Shown piece after piece: positions 10,400 through 21,475 of a stretch of DNA of 64,000 nucleotides. Source of the DNA: Andalucia godoyi And28 (lineage: Eukaryota > Protista > Jakobida); assembly GCA_009859145.1 (NCBI GenBank), contig VRVR01000016.1, positions 111,389-175,388 of the forward strand, read 5' to 3'. The first letter of the stretch is position 1; each line of letters opens with the position of its first letter. Position numbers and translations under genes: made by a program. A model generated the notes under the pieces. It did no database searches, was not told the origin of the DNA, and saw only the letters and a program-made list of their open reading frames with translations.

Positions 10400-12907
10400 C
10401 TAGTCTGCAACAGATGCGCCCGCAAAGGATGACGATGGGAGGGATTTTCGTGCACGATCGATGCAGGCCGCAATCGTCTCGTTCAGCAGCGCGAGCCACT
10501 CGGTCGTCTCCTCTTGCGTGGCGAGCTTGATCTTTATGCCGTGCTTGGCAGACGAGACCTGCAAGAACCCACTGTCCGTACTGGATGCGGCACACGAAAT
10601 AAGCGGTAGAAACAGCTTCTTGTTGGCAGAAACATCCACATGCAGCAAAACATCAGTCATCAGAACAATTTGAATGGAGTCCGAGGAGCTGTTCGTGCAG
10701 CTTGCTTCACGGATAAGTCCGCGATGAGGCTGAACAAGGTCCTTTAGTTTCAACTCCGTTTGCAATTGCACGAGACGCAACCGGCCCTCGGCCTCGCGCT
10801 TCTTTTCATTGCAGTATGCCGCAACCTGGTGAATGGAATCCTTTGCCTTCAACAAATCCTTGTAATCGACATACGATTCGTCCGAGTGCTTGACCAGCTC
10901 TTTGATCAAGAGCTCATACCGCGGGATTCGTTGAATCGGGGTGATCAGCAGGGACTCGAGCGTGTTGTTCCTGCAGGAAGGGTGTTTTTCAGCCTGGGCA
11001 ATAAACCTGAAGAACCGAGAGTTCTTCTTTTTCAGCCTGGAAATGGCATCCATCTGGGCCATGTATCCGTTGATGTAAGCAGTGTACAACTTGAGCGACG
11101 GAATGCGAGCATTGATGGCACGAACGATCGAGTTGTCTCCTCGTCCCTTAATGAGATCATCCAGAAACTCCTTGTTAATCCGGAGCAAGATTTCGATTTG
11201 TCCAAAAATGCTGGATACCTGATCTTGCGTAAGAATATCTGTGCCACGCAACGGTTCAAGAAACTGGGTCTTGATTGCGTCCAAAATCGACACGTAATTC
11301 TTCTCCGTCGAGATTAGCTCGTCAAAAACATGAGGAAGCGTTGGAAAATTGAGAAACGGGTTCGCAGGAACCGGCGCCTGTTCTCCCTCTTGCTGAGAAT
11401 TCGCAACTTCATCTTGCAAGACCGAGTCGAAAGTCGTCTGATTCTCGACTGCAGGGGTTTTCGATTTTTCTGGGACAAATGGAGAGGTCGCAGCAGGATG
11501 CGGTGGCGGTGGCGGTGGCGGTGGCGGTGGTCCAATCGATGCTCCTGAGCCTCTACTGTCATCCGATTGATCAACAGATGTCGCCGACGGGCTTTCGACG
11601 CTTGCAGAACAAGATGACGACGAAGATGACGGCAACGCAGCATCGTGGGGCGGCGCGAATCTCGAATTTTGATAACCTTGGTGCAAATGGAAGGGGCTCA
11701 GGGACGACGAATTGCGGTAGCTCGAAATCGTGGAGGAACGCATGCGTTCACGAGGTGCAGTGGAGTGACGATTGGGCTCTTGATGGCGGTCGATCTCTTG
11801 AGACGGAGAGGAAGCACGGGCTGGAGCTTGCGGGGTGCTGTCGTGCTGTCTGACCTGCACATCCGCAACTGCCGCGCGCTCTTGGAGTTCTCGTGCACTT
11901 CGTAGCAACTTCAATTCCGAAGAAATCGAAATGAGCGCCGATCGCAATTCCTTGTTTTCCGATTCCAAGTCCCCAAGACGGCTGGCCATCCTTTCCATCT
12001 CCGCTTTATGCGCGTCGACGAGCGTATCCCGGACAATTGTACTCGGAGGGGACGGTGTTCTTGCAGAGCGCGGATGTCTGCTCGAATACTCCGATGCCGG
12101 TCCCACAGACTGCATGTTGTCATTGGCTTGCTGCACAGACGATGCTGACCGGCCCGAGTATATTCTTGATGTGGTGTCCGCACTTGTACTTTTCCCAAAA
12201 TAGGCTTGCTCCTGTCGCCCGACGGAAGAGGGCGACTGGGAGTGGAGTGCTCTGTCAGGAGGCGATACTTCTCCTTCCTTGGAGGCATTGGAGAGTCCGT
12301 AGGAATCGGGCGTCCACTCAACGTGCTGCACGGGAGAGAACATGCCGAATTCGGAATCCCTTCTCTGCTGCGCAATAGCCACAGGAACTCGATGTCGGAG
12401 AACATCTACTACAATGTCTCGAAGATGAGAATCAACTGCCTTTCTATGCGACGCCATGGTGTCCAATTGACTGTACATTTTCCAAATACCAACCGCAGAT
12501 TGCTGGACATGCGGAACATCTCTCCCTTCGATTCCCCCGCTCAACGCCAGCTTTTTCACTTGCATTTCTGCATTTCTTGACTGCTCTAGAAAATGTTCAT
12601 ATCGATGCAGTGAAGAGACAAACCCTGCTTCCCTCCGAGTCCGTTGAGACGGCTGTTTTGACTGTGCATCCTGTTCCAATCTCCTCGCAGCCATGCTCTT
12701 GATTCTAAAACGTTCTCTCTGTGCACAGTAATTGATCCAACACGAGTCGTAGTGTCGAGAAACCGCAACAAGATTCTCGGGATCCTGCAAAAACCGCAGA
12801 CACAAACGAAGAAACTCGTCCACATGAAACCGATATTGATCACTTTGCACATTATAGCGATGAAGCTGCTCGATGAACCGAAATTCAACATCCTTCCGTG
12901 CATCCAT
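10400..12907 (-). CDS. RhoGEF (DH-PH) protein with N-terminal coiled coil and polyproline tract
   Basis: DH motifs ELISTEKNYV and LESLLITPIQRIPRYELLIKEL, followed by a PH-like segment. Confidence 0.92.
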   Translation of the reverse strand: MDARKDVEFRFIEQLHRYNVQSDQYRFHVDEFLRLCLRFLQDPENLVAVSRHYDSCWINYCAQRERFRIKSMAARRLEQDAQSKQPSQRTRREAGFVSSLHRYEHFLEQSRNAEMQVKKLALSGGIEGRDVPHVQQSAVGIWKMYSQLDTMASHRKAVDSHLRDIVVDVLRHRVPVAIAQQRRDSEFGMFSPVQHVEWTPDSYGLSNASKEGEVSPPDRALHSQSPSSVGRQEQAYFGKSTSADTTSRIYSGRSASSVQQANDNMQSVGPASEYSSRHPRSARTPSPPSTIVRDTLVDAHKAEMERMASRLGDLESENKELRSALISISSELKLLRSARELQERAAVADVQVRQHDSTPQAPARASSPSQEIDRHQEPNRHSTAPRERMRSSTISSYRNSSSLSPFHLHQGYQNSRFAPPHDAALPSSSSSSCSASVESPSATSVDQSDDSRGSGASIGPPPPPPPPPPHPAATSPFVPEKSKTPAVENQTTFDSVLQDEVANSQQEGEQAPVPANPFLNFPTLPHVFDELISTEKNYVSILDAIKTQFLEPLRGTDILTQDQVSSIFGQIEILLRINKEFLDDLIKGRGDNSIVRAINARIPSLKLYTAYINGYMAQMDAISRLKKKNSRFFRFIAQAEKHPSCRNNTLESLLITPIQRIPRYELLIKELVKHSDESYVDYKDLLKAKDSIHQVAAYCNEKKREAEGRLRLVQLQTELKLKDLVQPHRGLIREASCTNSSSDSIQIVLMTDVLLHVDVSANKKLFLPLISCAASSTDSGFLQVSSAKHGIKIKLATQEETTEWLALLNETIAACIDRARKSLPSSSFAGASVAD

Positions 12908-13078
12908 TTGCGTTTCTGGTCCACCGTTTTGTATTATTTTTTTTTTTTAAATTAAAAAATAAAAAATAAAAAACCAAAGAAACTGCGTGGACCAATCTAC
13001 TCGCTCGTCTTGTCACCCCAAATTTCCAATCACGCAGCAGCACATCGATGAATGATGCAATAATCGAGCAAATGTATG

Positions 13079-13111
<33 letters not shown>

Positions 13112-13146
13112 ATGTATATAAATCATCCTACACATTGTGGACAAAC

Positions 13147-13701
13147 CGTTGAATAATAGCACGTCATTGTCGTGCATATGGAAGCACACATAAACAGACA
13201 CGGTCAATACTGGCCGACACCAGCACGTTTTATTTCACAGGCATTCGTGCTTACGCACGCTCGGCCAAAATTCAGCTTGCGACACAGGCCCTGCATTTTC
13301 GACACTCTTTAACGCAGCATCCGTAGCCATCTATTCTATCATTCGTTGGGTCCACTTTTTAATTCAAATAGGGGCGTGAGTGCGCTGGGATGACGCATTC
13401 GCCTACGCCTACGCCGCTCGATACAGGGCCTCCTAGGTCCCGCAGACCTCCTAAGAGACCGCGTGTCACTACGCCTGCTGCTAGGGCCGTCAGAATCAAA
13501 ATGCACCCTTCTCAGGAACAACGCGTCACGCTGAGAAAGTGGCTCACCGATTGATCGAGATTGGGAACGGAGCGCGGATCATTTATCTGAAGAATGCCGT
13601 GAGGCGTATTGGGGGGCCGATCCCCTTCCCGGCAACGGGATGCAAGGATTGAATATGCACGTCTGTTCGTAGATATGCATGTTCAGTGTATAACGTAGGC
13701 G
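13147..13701 (-). repeat. Dispersed ~555-bp element, copy 1 (reverse complement of 48667-49218)
   Basis: Direct reading shows a near-identical core (13311-13545 vs 48821-49056) with more diverged flanks. Confidence 0.93.
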
Positions 13702-14054
13702 TGCTTTACAGTAAAACAAATTTTTTTTGGAAGCTGTAGCTCCAAGCATCAATTCGCAACGGCTAATCGAAAACATTCGAACACGGATTCTCTCGACGAT
13801 CAAAAATAATAAGAAAAAAACCATAAAGGCGTTTTTTCCGTTTCATTAATATATTTTATTTTTCTTATATCTCTCTGTTTTTGCACAAAAAAGAGCCTTT
13901 TTCATTTTTCACTTGTTTTTCTTTTCTTTTTTAATTTTATCATTGTATTATTTTGTTGAATCGGAATTTTGTTCTGGTTATTTCTTGTTATTTATTCTAG
14001 GAGTGCTGCTGCTGCCGCCTGGCTTCTTCTGGTCTCGTCGCGGTGTAGGAGGGA

Positions 14055-15695
14055 ATGCTTCGAGGAGGAAAGATCGACGAGGAAGCACTTTTGGAGTCGG
14101 AAATTGCAGATTTGGATCTTCGAGCATCCAAGCACAGAACACCAACATCTCCACCGTATTCATACCAAGACTTTTCAAAGCTTTCGGAGGATGATCGTCG
14201 CAGACTCATGATTTGCATGTTCAAAATGCCTCGACAATCGGTTCGAGAGCTATTCCGCGATTCGAAAACTGGCGTGATCTTTGTTCGATGCCATATTGAT
14301 CAGCAAGTCGAAGAAGAACGGGTGCGAGAAGTCCTCAGAGAACGGGATGCATACATGGTGGAGGCACTTCGAAGAGAAAAACTGCATGATGCTCATTATC
14401 GAGGACGGGCTTCGTTCTTGGATACAGAACCGATGTTTAGTTCTCCGGTTTCGCAGCGCTCCACTTCCGCAAGACCTGCTTCTGCCAAGGCCTCGTATTC
14501 TTCAGTGCCAGCTGCTTCTGCGCGTAAGACCAAAGGATTCTCGGATGTCAAGCCCATTACGTGGACGCGACGCCTGATTAGTCGCATTTTCGACGCAAAG
14601 TTCCATGCATTGGATACTGAATTGTCTCAAGGAAAGGAGCAGCCGGCGAGCACGGATTTTTCAGCTTTTGTCTTTGATTGGCTTGCGAAGACCTTTGGAC
14701 TTGAGGAAATCGTCAAACAGACATCCATTGAACTGGTGGCGAGCACACAGGCATATGCACGATACGATAAGCTCATGCTTTTGTTTCAGGAGTTCTTGAA
14801 TGGAAATTTGGGCGCACTTGTTCTTGTGTTCTTTTTAATGGCAAGGTCCAAGGTGTACTCAGAAAGGGAAGTGAAGCTTGTGGAGCAGCGTCATGGCCAC
14901 CTGCTCATTCCAGGAAATGCGGTCCAACGGCTGCTGCACTCCATTCTCAGAGAATTCCCCATCGAGCTCTACGAGAACTCGTTGCAAGAACTTGGACAAC
15001 AGCATCTGAATCGAAAAACTAGCAAATTCATAGATATTCCGATTTACGATCTATTGTATACTGTCACTGTGCAGTTTGCACAGCTGAATGCCGAATTTGA
15101 GGGTGACCAGAAGGAAGCCCAGAACCAGAGTATTCGAGACCAGGTGTATCGCTCCCGGATGATGCACGATGAAGACCGTGTTCGCCGGGCCGCGGAACTA
15201 CTGGTGAGTCCCCGCCGAGCCGCGTCTTTTGGCAGTCCCTCGCAGTCTCCAGCGTTCAAGGATGATGGAGGTTCAGCTGGCTACGGTGGAGGAAGCAGGC
15301 GAAGCCCGCCCCGTGCAGGCTCCGCTGCCTTCCCGGACTCCCGCGAAGGACGCCATGCCCGACGGACGTCGAACGCAGACGATAGCATGAACATGTCGAA
15401 TGATGACGACGACGGAGAGGCAGATCCGCAGGACCGGATCATCGAGCGGTTAGCAATGGGTGACTTTCACGGATTTGAGATGCAGACGTTCGAGAATGCG
15501 CAGTCGCCTGCAAACGACACCGCAGCTTCCTTCGAAGACTCGACGGTTGAAAACCAGAACAATGTCGCGTCCAATCACGAGCTGGACAGCCCGTCGACTG
15601 GTGCTAGCGCTGATGCTCACTTGAATTCGATGCATTACAGCCACATTGGCGATGACACTGCGGAAACGGAGAGCGGTGCGGACTATGCGATGTGA
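14055..15695 (+). CDS. Hypothetical protein with a helical domain shared with the 30997-33600 protein
   Basis: 546-aa ORF with coding-like composition. The segment WTRRLIS...FGLEEI...FLNG...AR aligns by eye with the second protein. Confidence 0.7.
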   Translation: MLRGGKIDEEALLESEIADLDLRASKHRTPTSPPYSYQDFSKLSEDDRRRLMICMFKMPRQSVRELFRDSKTGVIFVRCHIDQQVEEERVREVLRERDAYMVEALRREKLHDAHYRGRASFLDTEPMFSSPVSQRSTSARPASAKASYSSVPAASARKTKGFSDVKPITWTRRLISRIFDAKFHALDTELSQGKEQPASTDFSAFVFDWLAKTFGLEEIVKQTSIELVASTQAYARYDKLMLLFQEFLNGNLGALVLVFFLMARSKVYSEREVKLVEQRHGHLLIPGNAVQRLLHSILREFPIELYENSLQELGQQHLNRKTSKFIDIPIYDLLYTVTVQFAQLNAEFEGDQKEAQNQSIRDQVYRSRMMHDEDRVRRAAELLVSPRRAASFGSPSQSPAFKDDGGSAGYGGGSRRSPPRAGSAAFPDSREGRHARRTSNADDSMNMSNDDDDGEADPQDRIIERLAMGDFHGFEMQTFENAQSPANDTAASFEDSTVENQNNVASNHELDSPSTGASADAHLNSMHYSHIGDDTAETESGADYAM

Positions 15696-15792
15696 TCAGC
15701 AAAATTCGTCGGACGACGGAAACACCAAAGAAGCAGTTTATTTAAAATACCTGAAACCAAAAAAAAAAAAAAAAAGTATTTGTCTTATTCAT

Positions 15793-16956
15793 TTAGTGTA
15801 CCTCCCCAATCTTGGATCCCAGTCCTTTTGCGAGCTCTTGCATGGAGACTTGTGCCGTTCCTCTTCTCTTTGCGTGCGGCTGCGACGCATCAAATTTCCA
15901 TCCAATCAGGTACATGACTTGGAATGTTGCCAGCACTTCTTCACCCTCTGCAGCCTCGGGATTTCCGAACATGCTTTGGTAAATCGCAGCAGCGCTCATG
16001 AGCGTGTCTCTGCTTATGAATCCGCGGCGATGTTTGATCGAATTACTCTCTTCCATGAACCAGAGATGCTGCATCAGCGTAAACGCATCGGGATACGGCA
16101 CCGTGATCGTATCCACATCCACTCCGGGCAGCGAAAACGCGGCTCTTGAAAGAAGATTTCCAGCATCCCGAAATCCTGCCATCGGCGATATGTACGCAGC
16201 CAACCCGGACTCTCGTTCTTGTTGTGCCAACGTCAGACTGATCCTCAACTCTTTCAGCGTGTCACCACCCAGCATCGCACCAAGAAACAGCCCGTCAGGC
16301 TTCAGCGACCGTTCAATCTGAATCAGCGAACCTGGAATGTCATTCACCCAGTGCAAACACAGCGGTGACAGAACCGCATCAAACGTGTTTTCCTCAAATG
16401 GAAGCGATTCTTCGTCCACAACGAGCGTGGAATGCTTGAAGCTGGCGGGAAGCAACTGCTCGTCTTGCATGACCCTCACTGCCCGATCCAGCGCAGCTTG
16501 ACTCATATCTGTGCTAACCACTTCTGCGACGGAGGACCGAGAGCCGGCAAGAGCCGGAGCGACCAGATCTGCAGGACCCCCGAGGTTCAGAACCTTTGGA
16601 AACGCCCGACTGATGTCCTCCAGTCGATCGACTAGTCGAGACACAATCTCCTTCTTTAAGTATCTGTAATCATCCACATTCTGCACCTTGTTAACCGCTT
16701 CTTTTTGTGTCCGTTTCAAATCTCGGTTAAAAACTTCTCTGGAAATGGGGGGGAAAATTCAAAAATTCAAAAATACAACAGGAATTGCAAATGATGAAGT
16801 CAGTGTTAAACAAGGCAACGCGGCGGAATCCATAAAACACAACCACACACAGAAAAGAAGGAGGAAGACGTCATACATTGTGCTGCCAGCTTGAGAAGCT
16901 GAAAATCGGCGTGTAACAATGCACCTTGTGCCCTGCCTTACAGCATTTTGCAACAT
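15793..16956 (-). CDS. NDUFAF5: NDUFAF5 complex I assembly SAM-dependent enzyme; 2 exons (16956-16877, 16738-15793)
   Basis: VFNRDLKRTQK, RLVDRLEDI, LNLGG, LHWVNDIPG, GGDTLKELRISL and ATFQVMYLIGWK motifs. A GTATGA..CAG intron (16876-16739) joins a presequence-like exon in frame. Confidence 0.93.
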
Positions 16957-17194
16957 GACTTTGTGACGATCGGTGGTACACAAAATACCCAACGCAACAG
17001 CAAACAAGTGCTTAAATGGGTCCTAAAAGTGAGCAAACATTATGTAATTTATACGGGAATGTTGAAGTTGACGCAGCCGTTAAGTCTCAATTCTTTCGCG
17101 CCAATCGGCGATCCCGTTTTTTTGCTTTTTGTTTTTTGTTTTATTTGCTCGTTTGTGTGTTGTGTTTGTATTCTTTTGCTTCTGATTTTCTGGA

Positions 17195-17314
<120 letters not shown>

Positions 17315-17328
17315 AGGGAGCATAGGCG

Positions 17329-18084
17329 ATGCAGATACGCGGTGAGCGATTTGTTGGACCAGAGTCCAAGCGCAGGTATGAAGCTGCATTACTGCTGCAG
17401 TCTGTGTTCAAACGACATTTGTGCCAGCGTTCCCTTCGAGACGCAAAAGAAGAATTTCAGCGGCTTGTTGCGGACATTGATGGAGAAGACTGGGTGCTTT
17501 CGAAAGATCAAGGCAATGTCGTTCCAAAGAGATTTCCCGTGCCCTTTCATGCTCCTCTGGTCGTGCAGAGACAGACTCTGACAGAAGACCCGGTTCCGCA
17601 AAGCCAGCAGCCGGTGCTGGTCTACGAAGAGGATGCCTCCAATATCGTCTCGGTGTCACCTGTCCAGGAAGAGGGCGGGCATGCGGATGTATCGATGGCT
17701 GTGCAGACGGAAGCAGAAAAGGCGTCACATCAAACCCAAACTGGTGACGATTCAGAATCGTCTCTGGGATCTGACTTTTGGAAAAGAAGATGTGAGGTTC
17801 TGGAGTTTGTCCAAGATTCTGCAGATCATTCTGCGGACATGCAGTTTGATCTGGACAGTGACTTTCTGGGTGGTCGCAATGCTTCGAAGGACATTGGCTC
17901 CGTGGAGTCTCTCGAGTCCGAGCGGACTCTCAAAGCGCTTTTGAATGCTCCCGTGGACGCGACAGAACTGTCGGCATCAGAGATGAAGAAACTCGAGTTG
18001 GAAATGGAATTGCTAATTGCAAAAGAAGCGTTGCGAGTTCGCCAGGAGTTCCTGAGGCAGATGAAGGCGCACGGGCATCGATAG
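17329..18084 (+). CDS. IQ-motif and coiled-coil hypothetical protein
   Basis: IQ-like [16 protein letters not shown] motif and a C-terminal heptad-like segment. Confidence 0.6.
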
Positions 18085-18249
18085 CATTCGAGGGGAGTGA
18101 AAATCTGTTTGGTTTGTAATCTGTGTGCGCGCTTCCCCCCCCGTTTTCCATATTATTTTTTCCTTCTTTTTTATTTCTTTGTTTGAAATGACTGTGTATT
18201 TGAATGTGTTGCATTACCTCCCTCGGTTGTTCTTTCATCCGAAAACCAT

Positions 18250-20826
18250 TCATACCTGTCTCGTCTTGTTGTAATATCTAGGCCCAGGAAGCGTCAGGAC
18301 AAACTCATCAAATTCTGCGCTCCGTTTCTTGGCAGCAAGCAGCGCTGCCTTGCGAGATTGTCGCGTGGACATTCCTGCTGGGATCGTCCCTTGCTCGAGA
18401 ACGAGCCGATCGGAGATGATTTTTTCATATTCTCGACCCCGGCTCTTCAGTACCTTTTCGAAAACAGGAACTGTCTTGAGGAGATGCTTCTTGAGTTTCT
18501 TTTCGGGGTGTAGTTCGGGGTCTACAAACTCCTGCAGTTGCTGAACGACTGCCACGTCGTCCGTCCACAACCACTCCTCGGCCTCAAGCTTCTTCCTCGC
18601 AGCCTCGCGCTCTTCCACCTCGTACATGAGAAACTTGTTCTCCCGCTCCAGATTCTTGCGGACAGTTTCATCCATGTCAACATCCTTGGGCGGTTCTTCG
18701 CCAGATCCGTCGGTTGCAAGAGACTCGAGTGATCGGTTCAGAGAATCGCGGCTCTTACTCTTGGACAACTTCTTGGAGTTGATCAGCATGTCGATGGGCC
18801 TCGTGATTTGCTCAGTGCCCGATTGAATCTCTGAATCCGTGCTGTCATCGTTGTCCAGCAACGATTGGGTCTTTCGTTTTCCGCTTTCCGACTTCACCGG
18901 TGACTCGTCCATGAACCCAGCAGGAGGAACAAAGGTCGACAAACGCTGCCGATCAGCATTTACATCCGTGTACTGGATTTCGGTGGATTCGCGCGAGACA
19001 TGACGTTCAATGAACAGCCGGCCTGATTTGTCTCTGTGGGACATCAAGTTCGAGCCAAAGAACCAGTATCGGTCCCCGGTTCGATCGACCCCAAGTGGGG
19101 ATCCCCTGAATTCGAGTTTTTCAATCTCCTTGGACACGAAATCGGCACGCTCTTCAATTTTCTTTTGCAATCGTTGGGCCTGCAACGGAACTGTGTTTGG
19201 ATCCTTGAGAACCTTGGTATCTTCTGCATCGAGCGCACGCTGTTCCTTACGGTAAACGTCAATCTGGCTAACTCGATAATCGACATCGGAGCGGATCCTG
19301 GAAGATTCGCAAGTTTCGTCGGCAAGAAACCGCATCAACGCCACTCGGTCAGAAAACGGGAGTTTTGCAAAGCCGTATGCAATGAGCCTCTGCCTGGCAT
19401 CCACCAAAGAAATGCTCGAGAACGCGGTTCGTCTTCCGTCTTTGTTGTTTGCAAAGACCATGCGATTGTGATGGTCCACATCGTCCACGAAATCATTGTA
19501 CAGCAAATACGTGGAGAATGCCGCTTCCCAGTGTGCTCGGACATCTTCGAGAACGTGTTCCGGCATCTTGGCACGGATCTTCTCTTGGTCTTCTAGAACA
19601 ATTCGAAGCATGCACACAATTGCTTCGTAAACAAGAGGAGTGATGCTTCCCTCGTATTCGATCGACTGATACAAATCCTCAAAGGAGAATGACGGAGTCA
19701 GTCGAAGCACTTTCCAGAAGCGATTCAGAAAATCCCATAAAGAGAGCACTTCGCCGTACAAAAAGGGGGACTGTTTGTTGTCCATATCATGCGGGATCGT
19801 CTCCAGACCTGTTGGCACACCCGTTTTGTCGTCGACGAGTAAAGACCACGGGAACAGTCCTCGAACAAATGCATCATCTCGTGGCTTGAGCGACAATGGA
19901 GTCTTCCACTTTACCTCGGAAGACGAGGCCTTCCTTCGCTTTGCTGCAGGCGTTTCAGCATCTTCTGATTTTGCCTTGCGTGCGGCAGCCTTCTTCTTCG
20001 ATCCATCCTTTGGTCCTTGCCCTTGCTCTTGCTCTTGCCCTTGCCCTTGCCCTTGCCCTTGCTCTTGCTTCTCCTTGGCCTTCTCTTTTCCATTCTTTGA
20101 CTGGTCATTCTCATCAACGGGAACGGATCCAGCCAATGACTTGACAATCCACACATGTGTTTTGGTATTCTTTGACGCCACTCCTTTCAGCCACATTCTG
20201 ATCAGCGTCTTCGACACGACTGGTTTTTGCCTCTGCACGTCTCGAAACGAAATATCGTGATGCTCAACTTCATCCAAACGCCGCACACGAAACGTTCTCG
20301 AGTCATTGATTCTCTCTTGCTCTTTTTTGGATTCCTCGCCCAGCATTGCATGTGCAACACCGACAATAGGCATCTTCTTCAGCACTGCAGGATTCGTCAA
20401 TTCTGCCTCGATCATGATTGGATACAACAAATCCGAGTCATGCTGGAGATCCGCAAACGAAACTTCGCCTTCGAAAACACTCAGCTCCACTCGTTCATAC
20501 AGCGCATTCACCAAATCAGAAATATTCAGTCTCGACCCATGTACGTTTCGCTCCAGTGCCGACTCGAGGAACACCGGAAACTGCTGAACAGTCTCCTGGT
20601 AGTTGCGTTCCGAAACAAGCGCTTCTTCAAATCGAAGGCCCGATTTCCCGGTGAACTTGCAAGTCCAGCGCTTGCTCTGATACTCAAGAATTCGCTGCAC
20701 ATACTCCTCATAATCCAAAAACACTTCTCCGGTAAACCGGACTTCAAAGTACGATGTCCCCTCTGGCATTTCAGACGCAGGTGGCCGCAGAAGAGGCTCC
20801 CATTCGCGACCGTCTTTCAAAGGCAT
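18250..20826 (-). CDS. WAC-DDT-WHIM ISWI-associated chromatin remodelling subunit (Itc1/ACF1-like)
   Basis: WAC FTGEVFLDYEEY...WTCKFTGKSGLRFEEALVSE, DDT GEVLSLWDFLNRFWKVLRL, WHIM1 FSDRVALMRFLADE and WSD PLGVDRTGDRYWFF. First ATG at 20826. Confidence 0.88.
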   Translation of the reverse strand: MPLKDGREWEPLLRPPASEMPEGTSYFEVRFTGEVFLDYEEYVQRILEYQSKRWTCKFTGKSGLRFEEALVSERNYQETVQQFPVFLESALERNVHGSRLNISDLVNALYERVELSVFEGEVSFADLQHDSDLLYPIMIEAELTNPAVLKKMPIVGVAHAMLGEESKKEQERINDSRTFRVRRLDEVEHHDISFRDVQRQKPVVSKTLIRMWLKGVASKNTKTHVWIVKSLAGSVPVDENDQSKNGKEKAKEKQEQGQGQGQGQEQEQGQGPKDGSKKKAAARKAKSEDAETPAAKRRKASSSEVKWKTPLSLKPRDDAFVRGLFPWSLLVDDKTGVPTGLETIPHDMDNKQSPFLYGEVLSLWDFLNRFWKVLRLTPSFSFEDLYQSIEYEGSITPLVYEAIVCMLRIVLEDQEKIRAKMPEHVLEDVRAHWEAAFSTYLLYNDFVDDVDHHNRMVFANNKDGRRTAFSSISLVDARQRLIAYGFAKLPFSDRVALMRFLADETCESSRIRSDVDYRVSQIDVYRKEQRALDAEDTKVLKDPNTVPLQAQRLQKKIEERADFVSKEIEKLEFRGSPLGVDRTGDRYWFFGSNLMSHRDKSGRLFIERHVSRESTEIQYTDVNADRQRLSTFVPPAGFMDESPVKSESGKRKTQSLLDNDDSTDSEIQSGTEQITRPIDMLINSKKLSKSKSRDSLNRSLESLATDGSGEEPPKDVDMDETVRKNLERENKFLMYEVEEREAARKKLEAEEWLWTDDVAVVQQLQEFVDPELHPEKKLKKHLLKTVPVFEKVLKSRGREYEKIISDRLVLEQGTIPAGMSTRQSRKAALLAAKKRSAEFDEFVLTLPGPRYYNKTRQV

Positions 20827-21475
20827 GCTTGACAGACAGGCAATGTCTCTTACAACCCACGAAAGCAACTCTTGCAAATCGAACCACCAAATAAAATATA
20901 ATAAAATAAAATAAAAAATATATAGTAGAGGGTGGTGAAGGGGGGAATCCAGTGATAAAACTGATTGTTATTATTATGCAGAATCAAATGATGAAGAATC
21001 GGATTATAAAAAATAATGATAGGAATAAGTGATAATACAAATATTGATTATAAAATAAGAAAAGAAAGATTGCAGAAGATTGCAAAAACCACAAACACAG
21101 ACGAGCGCGCGATTGGCCCAGAAGTGGAGTATGGCGTGAGTGGCTCGTGAGGAGGATGACGAGCTTGAACGAGGAAATTGAAAAATAAAAAGGAGAAATT
21201 GAATATGATAATTATGAAAGCATAAAATATTAAAACTGAAAGAAGAAAGAAGAAAAAGAATGGTGAAAAAACCGAGACTCGAGAAGGAGTGTGGCGAATT
21301 GGAACTTGTGAACTCGGAGGTTTCAAAAGGCGGTGGAAATTTGGCGGGGAATAGAAGGACTACAGCAGTCCTTGTGGGCATCCGAACGCACTGCATCCAG
21401 AGGGGTGCAGTGGTGACAGATTTGAACGGATTAAGAGGCGTTCCTGGCACACGAGTATTAGATGTTCGAGAAGCT

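Noticed and set aside
9644-10473. Several antisense or overlapping ORFs over the NlpC/P60 gene, and similar shadow ORFs throughout the window
   Set aside because: They are shadows of GC-rich coding strands, have no motifs and run into AT-rich spacers.
13400-13480. Possible HDV-like ribozyme in the repeat core (CCTCCTA motifs)
   Set aside because: A consistent P1-P2-P3-P1.1-P4 nested double pseudoknot could not be built by hand.
13339-13521. Identical short ORFs (LRRVHFDSDGPSSRRSDTRS...) in both repeat copies
   Set aside because: They are by-products of the duplicated DNA, start from non-ATG codons, differ in extent between copies and show no protein motif.
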